From NCBI GenBank assembly GCA_963845065.1, contig CAWJQQ010000008.1, positions 480,001 through 544,000 on the forward strand: a DNA stretch of 64,000 bases, given 5' to 3'. This DNA is from Nitrospirota bacterium. GTDB lineage: Bacteria > Nitrospirota > UBA9217. Shown in pieces: positions 52,897 to 63,999 of the stretch. The notes under the pieces are model-generated. The model was not told the DNA's origin. It saw only the letters and a program-made list of their open reading frames with translations, and did not search any database. The translations under genes were made by a program, and so were the position numbers. Positions within the stretch are counted from its first letter, which is position 1, and every line of letters begins with the position of its first letter.

Positions 52897-53059
52897 CGAT
52901 TGGAATAAATGAGTTAGCAGGATGACAATTACAGAATGAAGGTTATACTCTTGAAACAACTGCGCCATATGCACAGTACAGGATGATCTTGTTGCAGCAA
53001 ACTTCTGCTGGAATTCAATACTTTTTAATGATCCTCATGCTCCAGTCGCCTTCAGAGGT

Positions 53060-53722
53060 TCACTTTTCCCCAGCTATTTGGCCGAGAACAAGCCTCGTCC
53101 CGAGTTCATACGCGTTACGGCAGTCCTGGGGGAATACGTCTTTGCGCCGCTCGGCCTTCTTTACAGTATCGTAAGTCTCCATCAGAATTTTCGAGTAATC
53201 GTCTAGTTGGTAAGTGTCGAAACAGCACAGTGATTCGCAGCTTCCTAGGATCGTGCCCAGATAATGTTCGTGGTTCTTGAAAATATACTCGTAACCACGC
53301 GTCCTGCTCTGTTCTTCTGAAGAGTTCATCGTATATATGAATTCTGTTGCCATCTTTTTCGGGAACAGGGTTCCGATGGGTACGGTATAGGCGAGGAAGG
53401 GAAAGACCAGGCGCTCCAGGAAAGAGCGTATTTCTCCCGTAACCGATCCGAGATAGATCGGTGATCCGATAACCAGTGCGTCAGCGTCAGCAATTTTCTT
53501 CAGGACAGGCGACAAACCGTCTTTCACATTGCACAGGCCGTAACTCTTGCCGCCTTTTGTCTTGCACGCAAAACAACTCCTGCATCCCTTGAAGTCGAGG
53601 TCATAAAGGTGGACCAGTTCGGTCGTGGCGCCAGTAGCAGCAGCGCCTTCCAGAGCCTTCGTCACCAAAACGGCTGTGTTCCAGCTTTTTCTTGGGCTAC
53701 CGTTGACACCGATGATTTTCAT
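53060..53722 (-). CDS. Flavodoxin-family / iron-sulfur flavoprotein (FMN reductase-like)
   Basis: NGSPRKSWNT, CRSCFAC..C, GSPIY. Confidence 0.92.
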   Translation of the reverse strand: MKIIGVNGSPRKSWNTAVLVTKALEGAAATGATTELVHLYDLDFKGCRSCFACKTKGGKSYGLCNVKDGLSPVLKKIADADALVIGSPIYLGSVTGEIRSFLERLVFPFLAYTVPIGTLFPKKMATEFIYTMNSSEEQSRTRGYEYIFKNHEHYLGTILGSCESLCCFDTYQLDDYSKILMETYDTVKKAERRKDVFPQDCRNAYELGTRLVLGQIAGEK

Positions 53723-53906
53723 AGCAAACTCCTTGTACTCTTTGATGCTGAAGAAAGGTAATTAAGTTGGCGTTAACATATTTGAGTTGAAACTTGTAAA
53801 ATCGATATGGTACGGCTGTCCACATGTCCAGGATGATGCTGTTGACAGAAAATCTTATCACAAAATGCACTCATTTAAAGGCACCTGTAAAGAAAAAAAA
53901 CTATCT

Positions 53907-53939
53907 CTTTGACGAGAAAATGTAATTTTCTCGTCAAAG
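53907..53939. repeat. Perfect 15-bp inverted repeat (terminator or operator)
   Basis: CTTTGACGAGAAAAT-GTA-ATTTTCTCGTCAAAG. Confidence 0.7.
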
Positions 53940-54319
53940 TTTTGTTTAAGCTATTATCATGTTTCAAACTGTAGGTGAGTGTAGAACGATTAGACAGGGG
54001 CTAACAACTACACCTACTATCATGGAATGTCAGCAATATGACAGGGGTGAAGAATGCCGGGTTGTAACTTACATGTGAAGGCACACGCGAGGCGCGGTAT
54101 TCGTGACAGTCATAATTATTTTCTCCTCTTTTCCCACTTTCCCCATGTGAGACCACTACAACTCATGTTGATATCCTTTAATACGTTATCGATTGGTTCT
54201 CGAGTCCCAGCAATATGTACTTCTGTTAGTTTACGAGCATCTTTCTAACCCATGCCGCCGAAAACCCACAGTCACGGACAAAGTAGAAATAACATTTAAA
54301 GCTGAGCCACTGAATGATT

Positions 54320-54994
54320 TTAATGACAAGCCAAACCTGCCAAATACGAGCCGTCCTGATTCCTACTCACCCACTGTACCGATGCGGTGCGGCATGCGAT
54401 AATAGGGTGTGCCGTATCGACGCATATTGATTGTTTTGTCATGAGAGGGACTGCAAGCTTGAGGCAGAGTCCGCCGTCGCTCATATTTATCGTCATTCCG
54501 TTCACGAGTTCCTTAGTGTGATTCACTAGACATCGTACCTTGCAATGAGTTACATGCCGCGTTTCTTTTCTCCGGGAGCCTAACGACACCGACAAATCCA
54601 TCCTTTTTTCACACTTGTCCAGCCATTCTAAAACTTCAGAGAATTCGATCGGTTTTTGAAAGAATGCGTATCCCCGTCGCTTTATCTGCTTATAACTTTC
54701 CTCATCAATGTTTCCCGACATCACTGCTTTGCTCTCTCTCCTTAACTTGCATCCGTGCTTCGATTGTTCCTGGAGCAACTCAAGACCATTCATGCCGGGC
54801 ATCTTGAAGTCCGTGATAATAACATCAGCACATGGGCTATCCGTGCTGCAGAAATTCCTTTTCTCATCACAAATAGGACAAACAACAGGCCTAGTATAAG
54901 AGATTACCTCATAATTCCTCGTAGAAAAGAAATCTTTTAACATGTTCACAATAATCTCTTCGTCATCAATAACGACAGCTCTCCGTTTCCTCAT
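54320..54994 (-). CDS. Response regulator with C-terminal PilZ domain
   Basis: IDDE..TDFKMPGMNG..KP receiver with a Cys-rich insert; RRKETR and NMSDGG PilZ motifs. Confidence 0.88.
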   Translation of the reverse strand: MRKRRAVVIDDEEIIVNMLKDFFSTRNYEVISYTRPVVCPICDEKRNFCSTDSPCADVIITDFKMPGMNGLELLQEQSKHGCKLRRESKAVMSGNIDEESYKQIKRRGYAFFQKPIEFSEVLEWLDKCEKRMDLSVSLGSRRKETRHVTHCKVRCLVNHTKELVNGMTINMSDGGLCLKLAVPLMTKQSICVDTAHPIIACRTASVQWVSRNQDGSYLAGLACH

Positions 54995-55180
54995 GTGGCC
55001 GCTCCTTTGGCACGTTGTTGACGGCAGATGTATTTAGGTTAGTATTATAAGCTATATCGGAGAAACGACAAGGTAGGCGCCCACACCCTTGAACCCTGCC
55101 TTAGTTGCGGGAGTTCATACAAACAGAGCCCCGACGTAGGCAGCTATCATGTGCCGAGCTTACGCCTACAGAATTTTTTG

Positions 55181-55794
55181 CTATCGTTGCATTTCTTTCT
55201 TCTTGCCTGCCGTGATAAGCAGGTCATTTTTTGCCTTGCGAATCATTATTGAATATGACGCCGGGACAATAATTGCAGCATTTTGCATTTGGGCGCTAAG
55301 AGTCTGGCTCGTAAGGTCAATGGGGCCAATAAAATCATTCGCTTCGAAATTCTCGCCTGTTTCGACGTTGATCAATGTAGTGTAAAAAAAATCTTTATCG
55401 TCCCATTCATACCGACCAACGATCAAAACATAATCCGAATAAAGCGCTTTGCCAGTCTCCCTTGCCATCTTCCAATTGTTCTGTTCCATTTGACGGCTTG
55501 AGACTTCTTGATCGCCAAGAATAGCTTTTATATCTTTAGTACTGACGATCTCGCTTGGCCCGATTTCTGACAGATAAGATTCTGCAAGTTCACGCTGATC
55601 TGCCTCAAATTTTTGGAATGGCACCTTCCAATCTCCATTTCCTGAATAGGCTTTGACATATACCCTCGTTTTGGCCTGAGACGGCGGCGCGGGGATTGTG
55701 CCCAAATGCAATTGAACAACCTCTGCGCATGCGGAAAAAAAATGCTAAAAAGAATCTGGTAAAGCGCAAAGCTTTTAAGGATATGGCGGATCAG
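55181..55794 (-). pseudogene. Putative lipoprotein frameshifted at a T8 tract
   Basis: Frame of ORF 55181-55711 extends upstream as SACAEVVQLHLG; the signal-like LKSFALYQILFSIFF is in another frame across the homopolymer 55735-55742; start codon uncertain. Confidence 0.5.
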
Positions 55795-57090
55795 AATTAC
55801 ACCTCCAGGATCAGGCTGGCTCCTAAATTCTTAAGCTTTATAACGGAATCTCAACTAAAGTCGAATTTTGTGAACCTGACGCTAGCAATGCTTTGAAAAC
55901 CGCACAGCAGTATTCACCAGGACATAATGTGAGGTACAAACGAAATTGCAGCAGTGCGAGATACTGCAATTATTTGAAATGAAGGAGTCTTCTTGACTTT
56001 AGAGTAGTATTATTTAACAATTTGTCAAGAAATTAAATGGGGTATTTTTAGGGTATACCAACAAATACAGATTGTAACTTTATAGGTTTTTAAGAATGGC
56101 ATATACAACGACTACAGGATCAAGTAAGCCGCTCCGCGGCAGAGAAGCATAGACCGCTTCCTTCTCCCACCTTCATCTCGTTTGGTATTTTCTAAGTACT
56201 TTCCGTGCTACCATATTTCTCCATTGCAGTTCAATCTTATTTCACAAGGAGAGTATGGTCATGGAAAACTGGAACGAGAAGCTCATCAAAGCACTGCAAC
56301 TGAACGGTAAAGCCGAACGATCGCAGGCAAACTACATCCGCACAGTACGGATCCTCACCGAGCATTGTGGCAAGACCCCTGATCTCATCACCGAAGAAGA
56401 ACTTCAGGAGTATTTCCTCCATCGCAGAAATGTCAGCCAATGGGCGCCCAACACCATGAAGAGCTGCTACGCCGGGTGCCGCTTCTTCTTTGAGAACGTT
56501 CTCAAGCGTGACTGGCACATCTTCAAAATCGCCCGGGCAAAGGCCGAACAGCGGATGCCGACGGTGCTCACGATCGAAGAGGTGCACAATATCCTTGCCC
56601 ACGTCACTTCCCCTCGCAACCACACTTTTCTTTCCACCGTTTATTCTTGTGGCCTCCGGCTTATGGAAGCGCTGCAGCTCCAAGTCTCAGATATCGACAG
56701 TAGCCGCATGATGATTCACCTTCATCAAGGCAAGGGCGGGAAGGATCGCTACGTCCCACTTCCCCGAACTACACTTGAGATCTTGAGGAAGCATTGGTCT
56801 ACGCATAAAAACCCACGCCTGATATTCCCCTCGCGAGGCATATACGACAAGGGATGGGACAGCGATAAGCCGATCGGCGTCACTACAGTGCAGGCGGCGC
56901 TCCGGAAAGCAACACGCGCGGCAGGTATCCAGAAACGCGGCGTCTCTGTGCACACGCTTCGCCACTATTCCGTGTCCCGGACTATTACCAGGTAATTTCC
57001 TTCAGCCCACGTTTTCCGACTTGTAAACCACACTGACTCGGCATAGTTTGACTCCTGTAAGTAAACCTTATTGCAAGAAAGGAGTCGACT

Positions 57091-58329
57091 ATGAAGTGCA
57101 TTGTCAATGATGACGTGATTCTTTCAAGGCCGCTAGAGGGTCCACTGTCAGCTTACATTGCCGAGTTTGCGAAGTGGGCACGTGATGAGGGATACACCTT
57201 GTATTCCCGGCACCGGAAAGTTCTGCTTGCTGCGCGTTTTAGCCGTTGGCTCGGCCAGCAAACCGTCGGCGTGAACTGCATCTCATCGGATCATCTGGAT
57301 CGATACTGGCGATCTCGTACATGCCATATGCAAATTCACCGAGGAGATGCCGCCACGCTGAACCAGTTTATCAGTTTTCTGCGCCTCAATGGCGTGGTCC
57401 CCACAGAGAAGAGCCCACGGCGCGAGCTAACTCCTGTAGAGCTAGCCATAGATGTTTTCAAGTACTACTTGCGCAGTGAGCGCTCGCTGGCGGAAGCAAC
57501 CGTCGCCAATTACGTGCCGTTTATCCACAGGTTCCTCACCGATAGATTTGGCGACGGACCAGTGACGCTCTCGCGCCTGAGTGCTGGCGATGTCGTGCGA
57601 TTTGTTCAGCGCCAGGCCCTGCGCCTGCATGTAAAAAGAGCCAAACTGCTGACGTGCGCGCTGCGATCATTCCTGCGCTACACACGCTATCGTGGGGACA
57701 TCGCGCTGGACTTGGCCGCCGCAGTTCCTACCGTCGCCAGTTGGTCGATGACATCTATTCCCCGCGCAATTCCGTCGGATGCAGTGCGCCAGCTGCTTGT
57801 CTCCATCAATCGGCGTACTCCAATGGGTCGGCGCGACTATGCTATTTTGCTGCTGCTCGCGCGACTGGGACTCCGAGCAAGAGAAGTGGTACGGCTCGAT
57901 CTCGAGGACATCAACTGGAACGCCGGATATGTGAGCGTTCAAGGGAAAGGCGGTCAACGCAGTGCCCTCCCGTTACCCGCGGACGTTGGTGCTGCGATTG
58001 CCGCGTATTTGAGGGACGGACGGCCACGGAGCAGCAGTCGTCGCGTTTTTTTAAGGGCCAAAGCGCCCAAACGCGGATTTCAGTCTTCACAAGCTATCGT
58101 ATCCGTGGTTCGCCATACAATCATACGCGCCGGCATCAAGGCACCCACCAAGGGCGCGCATCAGTTTCGACATGCGCTAGCAACTGAGATGCTGCGCCAC
58201 GGAGCCTCCCTGACCCAAATTGGTGAGATATTGCGGCATCGCAGTACTCAGACCACGATGATTTACACCAAGGTCGATCTCGATGCGCTTCGCACGCTGG
58301 CCTTGTCGTGGCCGGGAGGTGCGCAATGA
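57091..58329 (+). CDS. ritA: RIT tyrosine recombinase A
   Basis: GLRARE, GKGG, HQFRH, LRH, IYTKVD. Confidence 0.9.
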   Translation: MKCIVNDDVILSRPLEGPLSAYIAEFAKWARDEGYTLYSRHRKVLLAARFSRWLGQQTVGVNCISSDHLDRYWRSRTCHMQIHRGDAATLNQFISFLRLNGVVPTEKSPRRELTPVELAIDVFKYYLRSERSLAEATVANYVPFIHRFLTDRFGDGPVTLSRLSAGDVVRFVQRQALRLHVKRAKLLTCALRSFLRYTRYRGDIALDLAAAVPTVASWSMTSIPRAIPSDAVRQLLVSINRRTPMGRRDYAILLLLARLGLRAREVVRLDLEDINWNAGYVSVQGKGGQRSALPLPADVGAAIAAYLRDGRPRSSSRRVFLRAKAPKRGFQSSQAIVSVVRHTIIRAGIKAPTKGAHQFRHALATEMLRHGASLTQIGEILRHRSTQTTMIYTKVDLDALRTLALSWPGGAQ

Positions 58330-59261
58330 ACACGCTTCGTGCGGCCGTGCATGATTACCTGACCATGCGACGCAACTTGGGATTCAAGCTGCATGAGGCT
58401 GGAAAACTGTTGCCCGCATTCGTGACGTTCATGGAGCAACGCCGTGCCTCATATATCACGCCCCAGTTGGCGCTCACCTGGGCGCAACAATCGTCGACAG
58501 TGCAACCAGCTGAGTGGGCGCGAAGACTGAGTGTCGTGCGCACTTTTGCGCGCCATCGCAGTGCGACCGATCCACGCACGCAGATTCCGCCGGAGGGCTT
58601 GTTGCCCTACCGACCCAAGCGGGCGCGACCGTACCTGTACACGGCCGAGGAGATAGAGAGCCTATTGCGCGCGGCGCTTTTGCTACCCGATAGAGAAGGA
58701 TTACGACCATGGACTTACTATTGCCTGTTTGGGCTGCTTACTGTCGCAGGTCTCCGTCTCGGCGAAGCGCGCAACCTCGAGCTTCGTGATGTTGATCTCA
58801 AGACGAGTGTGCTGACGATCCGGAGTGGCAAGTTCGGCAAATCCCGCTTGATCCCCATCCATGCATCTACTCGCCGCGTGCTTGCCGATTACATCAAGCG
58901 ACGTGAGCGACAGTGGGCTGCGCGGAAGGTGTCCCCTTATCTGTTTGTCTCTAACCGGGGCAATCGGTTGGGTAACAAAAATATCCACAAGACGTTTTAT
59001 GCATTATCCCGCCAGATCGGTTTGCGTGGCCAAAGTGACAGCCATGGGCCACGTCTCCATGATCTGAGACATCGCTTTGCGGTAATGACGCTGTTACGCT
59101 GGTACCAATCCGGCGAGGACGTCGAGCGACGGCTGCCCATCTTATCTGCCTACCTTGGTCATGTTCATGTCAATGATACGTTTTGGTACCTCAGTGCCTG
59201 GCCTGAGCTGATGCGTGAGGCGATGTCCCGCCTGGAGAGACGATGGGAGGAACAGCCATGA
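58326..59261 (+). CDS. ritB: RIT tyrosine recombinase B
   Basis: YLTMRRNLGFKL, GLRLGE, KFGKSR, HDLRH, YLGH, WYL; ATGA overlap. Confidence 0.9.
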   Translation: MNTLRAAVHDYLTMRRNLGFKLHEAGKLLPAFVTFMEQRRASYITPQLALTWAQQSSTVQPAEWARRLSVVRTFARHRSATDPRTQIPPEGLLPYRPKRARPYLYTAEEIESLLRAALLLPDREGLRPWTYYCLFGLLTVAGLRLGEARNLELRDVDLKTSVLTIRSGKFGKSRLIPIHASTRRVLADYIKRRERQWAARKVSPYLFVSNRGNRLGNKNIHKTFYALSRQIGLRGQSDSHGPRLHDLRHRFAVMTLLRWYQSGEDVERRLPILSAYLGHVHVNDTFWYLSAWPELMREAMSRLERRWEEQP

Positions 59262-60256
59262 TCACTCCTACCAGCCTCGCTCCCTTGTTGGAACGGTTCT
59301 TCACACAACGGCTCATGCAGCAGCGGCAGGTCAGTCCGCATACTATCAGTTCGTATCGCGATACCTTCCGACTGTTTCTACTGTTTGTGCAGCAGCGGTT
59401 GCACATACCACCTGAGCGGCTCATGCTCGCGGCGATCGATGCGCCGTTGATCGTGGCGTTTCTTGATCACTTGGAGAAGCATCGAGGTCTGAGCGCACGT
59501 AGCCGCAATCTACGGTTGACCGCCATCCACTCCTTCTTTCGGTATGCCGCATTCGAAGCGCCGACTCATGCCGACCAGATCCAACGTGTACTGGCTATCC
59601 CCAGCAAGCGCTTCACGCGCACCCAGATTCATTTTCTTACGCGTACAGAAGTCGAAGCGTTGCTCGCCGCGCCTGATCAACGTACCTGGTTCGGCCGACG
59701 CGATCACGCCTTCCTCTTGGTAGCGGCTCAAACTGGGCTCCGTCTGTCCGAAATGACCGGGCTGGCACACAGTGATATCATGCTCGGTACAGGTGCCCAT
59801 GTCCATGTAATCGGGAAGGGCCGAAAGGAACGGTGTGTACCGCTCGCCAAACCTACTGTCGCCGTGTTGAAAAGCTGGCTACACGAACCGGCACGCGGCG
59901 ACAGACAGGTTCTGTTTCCCAATGCCCGAGGTACGCGTCTCAGCCCTGACGGCGTACATTACCTGTTGGTCAGGCATGCCACGGCAGCTGCCAAGATATG
60001 CCCGTCGTTAAAAGAGAAACGTGTCACCGTCCATGTCCTGCGTCACACCATGGCCCTCGACCTGCTGCAGGCGGGCGTGGACCGTTCAGTCATCGCTTTG
60101 TGGCTCGGGCATGAATCCGTGGAAACGACCCAGATCTATCTGGAAGCGACACTGGCGATGAAGGAGCAGGCGCTCGGCAAAACGAAACCGCTGACTGGCA
60201 AATTCAGTCGGTATCGAGCGGGGGACCAACTCCTTGGCTTCCTCAACAATCTGTAA
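59258..60256 (+). CDS. ritC: RIT tyrosine recombinase C
   Basis: SPHTISSYRD, GLRLSE, GKGRKER, HVLRH, WLGH, IYL; ATGA overlap. Confidence 0.9.
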   Translation: MITPTSLAPLLERFFTQRLMQQRQVSPHTISSYRDTFRLFLLFVQQRLHIPPERLMLAAIDAPLIVAFLDHLEKHRGLSARSRNLRLTAIHSFFRYAAFEAPTHADQIQRVLAIPSKRFTRTQIHFLTRTEVEALLAAPDQRTWFGRRDHAFLLVAAQTGLRLSEMTGLAHSDIMLGTGAHVHVIGKGRKERCVPLAKPTVAVLKSWLHEPARGDRQVLFPNARGTRLSPDGVHYLLVRHATAAAKICPSLKEKRVTVHVLRHTMALDLLQAGVDRSVIALWLGHESVETTQIYLEATLAMKEQALGKTKPLTGKFSRYRAGDQLLGFLNNL

Positions 60257-60570
60257 AGCCAAATAAAACTATGCCGAGTAATTTGTGAGCCCTATTCACG
60301 TTTTAAGCAGCAATATCTGGCTGTACGTAAATTGGCTCCCATCTCACTCGGCATAGTCCGGGACGCGGAATAGTGACGACTATTCCGCATGCGGCATAGT
60401 CGACATTCTTATGCCACACATTTGCTCGAATCCGGCGTAAATCTGCGCGTGATCCAGCGATATATGGGCCACTCTTGCCTTGACACCACAATGATCTATC
60501 TCCATCTGACGTCCAAGGGCCAGGAAGACGCCATCAAGCTGATCGACAACATCATGGTTGGATTTTAGCC

Positions 60571-61665
60571 ATGGAAACGATCAATGACATCTTTCGAACC
60601 TATGCTCCGGAATATTTATCACACTTTGGCAGCGCTGTACCTGATGAACACCGTAAAACGATTGCCGCCATCATCAACTGCCGTACACCGGCTTGCGGAA
60701 CGACCCTGTTCCGGTGTGAGAAATGCGGGGAACACCATACGATCCACCGCTCTTGCGGCAACCGCCATTGCCCTACGTGTCAGCATCATAAGACCAGGCA
60801 GTGGCTTGCGAAACAGCTGGATCGGCAAATGCCGGGACATCACTTCATGATCACCTTTACCGTGCCCCGGCAGATTCGCCGGTTCATGCGAATCAATCAG
60901 CGGGTCGCCTATGGGGCGCTGTTTCTCGCTTCCTCCCACGCCTTGAAAAAACTGGTTCAAGATCCTAAATTCATAGGAGGGGATCAGCCTGGGTTCTTCG
61001 GGGTGCTTCACACCTGGGGCAGAACGCTCGAGTATCATCCCCATGTCCACTACATCGCCGTGGGCGGAGCTCTTTCTTCCGGCGATAGACTCTGGCATTC
61101 TTCAGGGACTAACTTCTATGTGCCGGTCGAGGCGCTGTCCGTTATCTTCCGGGCAAAGTTCAGAGACGAAATTAAAAAGGCCGGCCTTTTTGATCAAATC
61201 CCTGATGAGGTCTGGCAGATCGCCTGGAACGTGAACTCACAGGCTGTAGGCGAGAGCGAAGCGAGTCTCAAGTATCTTGCTCCGTATGTCTTCCGGGTAG
61301 CGTTGTCGAACAACCGCATTGTGAAAGTAGAGAACCACTCGGTTTTCATCCGCTACAAGAAAAGCGGCAGTAATCGCTTTCGAACGCTGGTTCTCGATGT
61401 GATGGAATTCATGCGGCGGTTTCTCGAGCACGTCCTGCCGACGGGATTCATGAAGGTGCGGTATTATGGCTTTCTGAATCCCGCGTGCAAAGTTCCGGTC
61501 GTGGACGTCAAGGCGTTGATCGAACTTGCCTACGGATTCGAGGTGACCACTGCTGAAGCCGAGCCAAAGCCTCCACAGCCTCACCCGACTTGTGGAAGTT
61601 GCGGCGGTGCACTCAAAGTGCTGTCCTTTTCACTGCCGTACCAGTATATGGCTCGAGCCGGATAG
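60571..61665 (+). CDS. IS91-family (Y2) transposase with N-terminal Zn-binding domain
   Basis: CRT..C..SCGNRHCPTC, HTWG, HPHVH, YLAPY, RFLEHVLP, VRYYG. Confidence 0.93.
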   Translation: METINDIFRTYAPEYLSHFGSAVPDEHRKTIAAIINCRTPACGTTLFRCEKCGEHHTIHRSCGNRHCPTCQHHKTRQWLAKQLDRQMPGHHFMITFTVPRQIRRFMRINQRVAYGALFLASSHALKKLVQDPKFIGGDQPGFFGVLHTWGRTLEYHPHVHYIAVGGALSSGDRLWHSSGTNFYVPVEALSVIFRAKFRDEIKKAGLFDQIPDEVWQIAWNVNSQAVGESEASLKYLAPYVFRVALSNNRIVKVENHSVFIRYKKSGSNRFRTLVLDVMEFMRRFLEHVLPTGFMKVRYYGFLNPACKVPVVDVKALIELAYGFEVTTAEAEPKPPQPHPTCGSCGGALKVLSFSLPYQYMARAG

Positions 61666-62478
61666 TACACGACGCAAATTCTTTTTGTGTCACAGCCTTC
61701 ATTGTGTATGCACTCCTGTGAGTAGCATTCGCAGCGGTAACGTACCTGTGCGTCCATTGAAGGGAATAGGGCTTGTGCAAACGTATGTGGATGATAGCAA
61801 TGCCTAGCGGTTTGACAAAAATCTTACTGGAAGCTGTTCCTTAAAACTCAACCCCTGCAATTCCGGCCTTCGCAAAAAACCACCTATCGAAGCTTTACCC
61901 TATATATAGAAGGTTTATCGGCTATCGTCCTGCCGCTTAGGGCTTCTTGAACCTTGGATTGATACGACGTGAAGATGTCGTTTCAATCCTTATAGGATGT
62001 ACTTCACGATTTAGTATGAATCGAATTAATTGCATATTCCAATATGGAAGCTTTCGAATAGCTGTTGTTGCGTGCCTATCCAAAATTAATACGTCAAACC
62101 AGATGATTTATCTTCACGAGTCTTATTTGTTCTAAAGAAAAGATTATTGCAAATCTGTAAGAATCCCTTTCACATTTTTGATGTTATCTGCGCATGCCTT
62201 TCTATGTACTTATGATATAATCTCAATTTCTAATTATTATAACGTATAAACACCCTACATTTACTATCCCTCTGCAGGCTTGACATCTTATAGTAATGGT
62301 GGTACGTTGCGAATTAAGACAATAATTATCTTGATAATGTCTGATTTTCCTTTTTACCTACAGAAGGTATGTTTTCCCAACTTTTTCCTAAATCCGTGGC
62401 ACCCGAAGATCAACCATTGAGTTTGATTCGTGTGCATCAGTGCAGTAGTAAAAAAGAGAACCACATGTGGGTTCCATT

Positions 62479-63999
62479 ATGAAGTTTTTCATAAGGACCA
62501 ACGACTTAATACTGAGATTGCTCACTAAGATATCATTCTTACAAACTAGCCTCAATACTCAGTATCGGATGAGATCTTTTGTCTGCGTATCGACTTTTGT
62601 CATTTCTTTTATTAGCGTCAATCTCGCCTTCATCATAGCATATACAATATATCAGGGAGTCATCGAAAATAGAGCCAGAGATATGTCGCGCTCCATCTCC
62701 CGACAGGCTTTTGATACTCTCTATTTACTCATGCAGAAAGGTTGGACAAGCAAAGAGCTGGACGAAGTCCTTTCCGCCACAGCCGGAATAGGAGGGGAGA
62801 CTGAATACCAGGTGAAGCTTTACAGAAACGATGGAACGGCGACCGATAATAATGTAAAAAAAGTTTTGGAAAGAGGCGTTATTGTTAATAATAGCAACGG
62901 TTTCCGGTTACTCGATATCTATCCGGTTGAGGCAAAAAAGGTTTGTTTGGAGTGTCACCGCAAGGAAAGGCAAGGTAACATATTAGCTGCGGTGAGTGTT
63001 CAGCAGGACATAGGACCAACAATTAAGGGCATTAAAAAGAAGTTTATTTTCTATTTCTTTCTCTTGTCTCCAGTTCCCTTTATTTTGACAATCATCATCG
63101 CTAATTTTTTAAATGCCCGGATTATCATAGCAACCGAGCTATTTCACCAGAAGATTCAGAATGTCAGCAGCATTGGGGATCTGGCAAAACTCGAAACAAA
63201 CAACATCAATGTCGGCTTTGTTGAATTTGACAATATGCTACATGATATTAATGACTTTGTCAAAAGGATCAAGAATATTGCTGTGGACAAGAATCTTCTT
63301 GAACATGAACTGCACGAACGAATATTAGCGAACAAGGAGATGGAATCGTTCATCTACTCCATATCGCACGACCTCAGGGCACCGATCCGGGCCATGTCAG
63401 GATTCGCAAAAATTATAAAAGATGACTACGCAGGGAAGCTAGATGCTCAGGGGGTGGACTATCTGGACCGCATACTCAGAGGTTCGGAGAAATCGATCCG
63501 TCTTATTGACGCCCTCTTGCATCTCTCAAGGATTACCAGAGAAGAGATTGAATTGATCGAGGTCAACCTGAGCAATAAAGCGTCCAAGGTCTTAGAGGAA
63601 TTGCGCGAGATGAATCGCGGTAGAAACGTCGAAGTCGTGGTGCAGGAAGGCCTCACAGCATCGGTTGACCCAAGGCTCATTGAGCTCGCCCTGTCGAATC
63701 TTCTCGGCAACGCGTGGAAATTCACGTCGAAAACGGAGAATGCGCGGATCGAATTCAGGAGCATTCAAAGAGATGGGAAAACTGTATACTATGTCAAAGA
63801 CAACGGTGTAGGGTTTGAACCCATGTATGCGGAAAAGATGTTTTGGCCTTTCCACCGGCTCCATTCGGAGAGCGAGTTCGAGGGTACGGGCGTCGGCCTC
63901 GCCATCGTCGAACGCGTCATCCGCCGTCACGGCGGCAATATCTGGGCTGAGGGAGAAGTAGGCAAAGGGGCGACGATTTATTTCACACTGGGACCGTGA
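62479..63999 (+). CDS. Sensor histidine kinase with periplasmic heme-c motif
   Basis: TM - CLECH - TM; SHDLRAP, NAWKF, DNGVG, GTGVGL; alternative GTG start 62467. Confidence 0.9.
   Translation: MKFFIRTNDLILRLLTKISFLQTSLNTQYRMRSFVCVSTFVISFISVNLAFIIAYTIYQGVIENRARDMSRSISRQAFDTLYLLMQKGWTSKELDEVLSATAGIGGETEYQVKLYRNDGTATDNNVKKVLERGVIVNNSNGFRLLDIYPVEAKKVCLECHRKERQGNILAAVSVQQDIGPTIKGIKKKFIFYFFLLSPVPFILTIIIANFLNARIIIATELFHQKIQNVSSIGDLAKLETNNINVGFVEFDNMLHDINDFVKRIKNIAVDKNLLEHELHERILANKEMESFIYSISHDLRAPIRAMSGFAKIIKDDYAGKLDAQGVDYLDRILRGSEKSIRLIDALLHLSRITREEIELIEVNLSNKASKVLEELREMNRGRNVEVVVQEGLTASVDPRLIELALSNLLGNAWKFTSKTENARIEFRSIQRDGKTVYYVKDNGVGFEPMYAEKMFWPFHRLHSESEFEGTGVGLAIVERVIRRHGGNIWAEGEVGKGATIYFTLGP

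Larger units (their letters stand above)
56963..60375 (+). mobile_element. RIT element (recombinase in trio)
   Basis: Terminal IRs CACTATTCCGTGTCCCGGACTAT / ATAGTCCGGGACGCGGAATAGTG; three tyrosine recombinases with ATGA overlaps. Confidence 0.93.
56255..60568 (+). pseudogene. Tyrosine integrase split by RIT (N-part 56255-56965, C-part 60401-60568)
   Basis: ..GLRLMEA..GKGGKDRYVP..HTLRH | [32 protein letters not shown]. Confidence 0.9.
56110..61952 (+). mobile_element. IS91-family composite element (tyrosine integrase + Y2 transposase) carrying a RIT insertion
   Basis: Integrase and IS91 transposase separated by 2 bp; right end GGCTTCTTGAAC; left boundary approximate (after ATACAAC). Confidence 0.75.
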
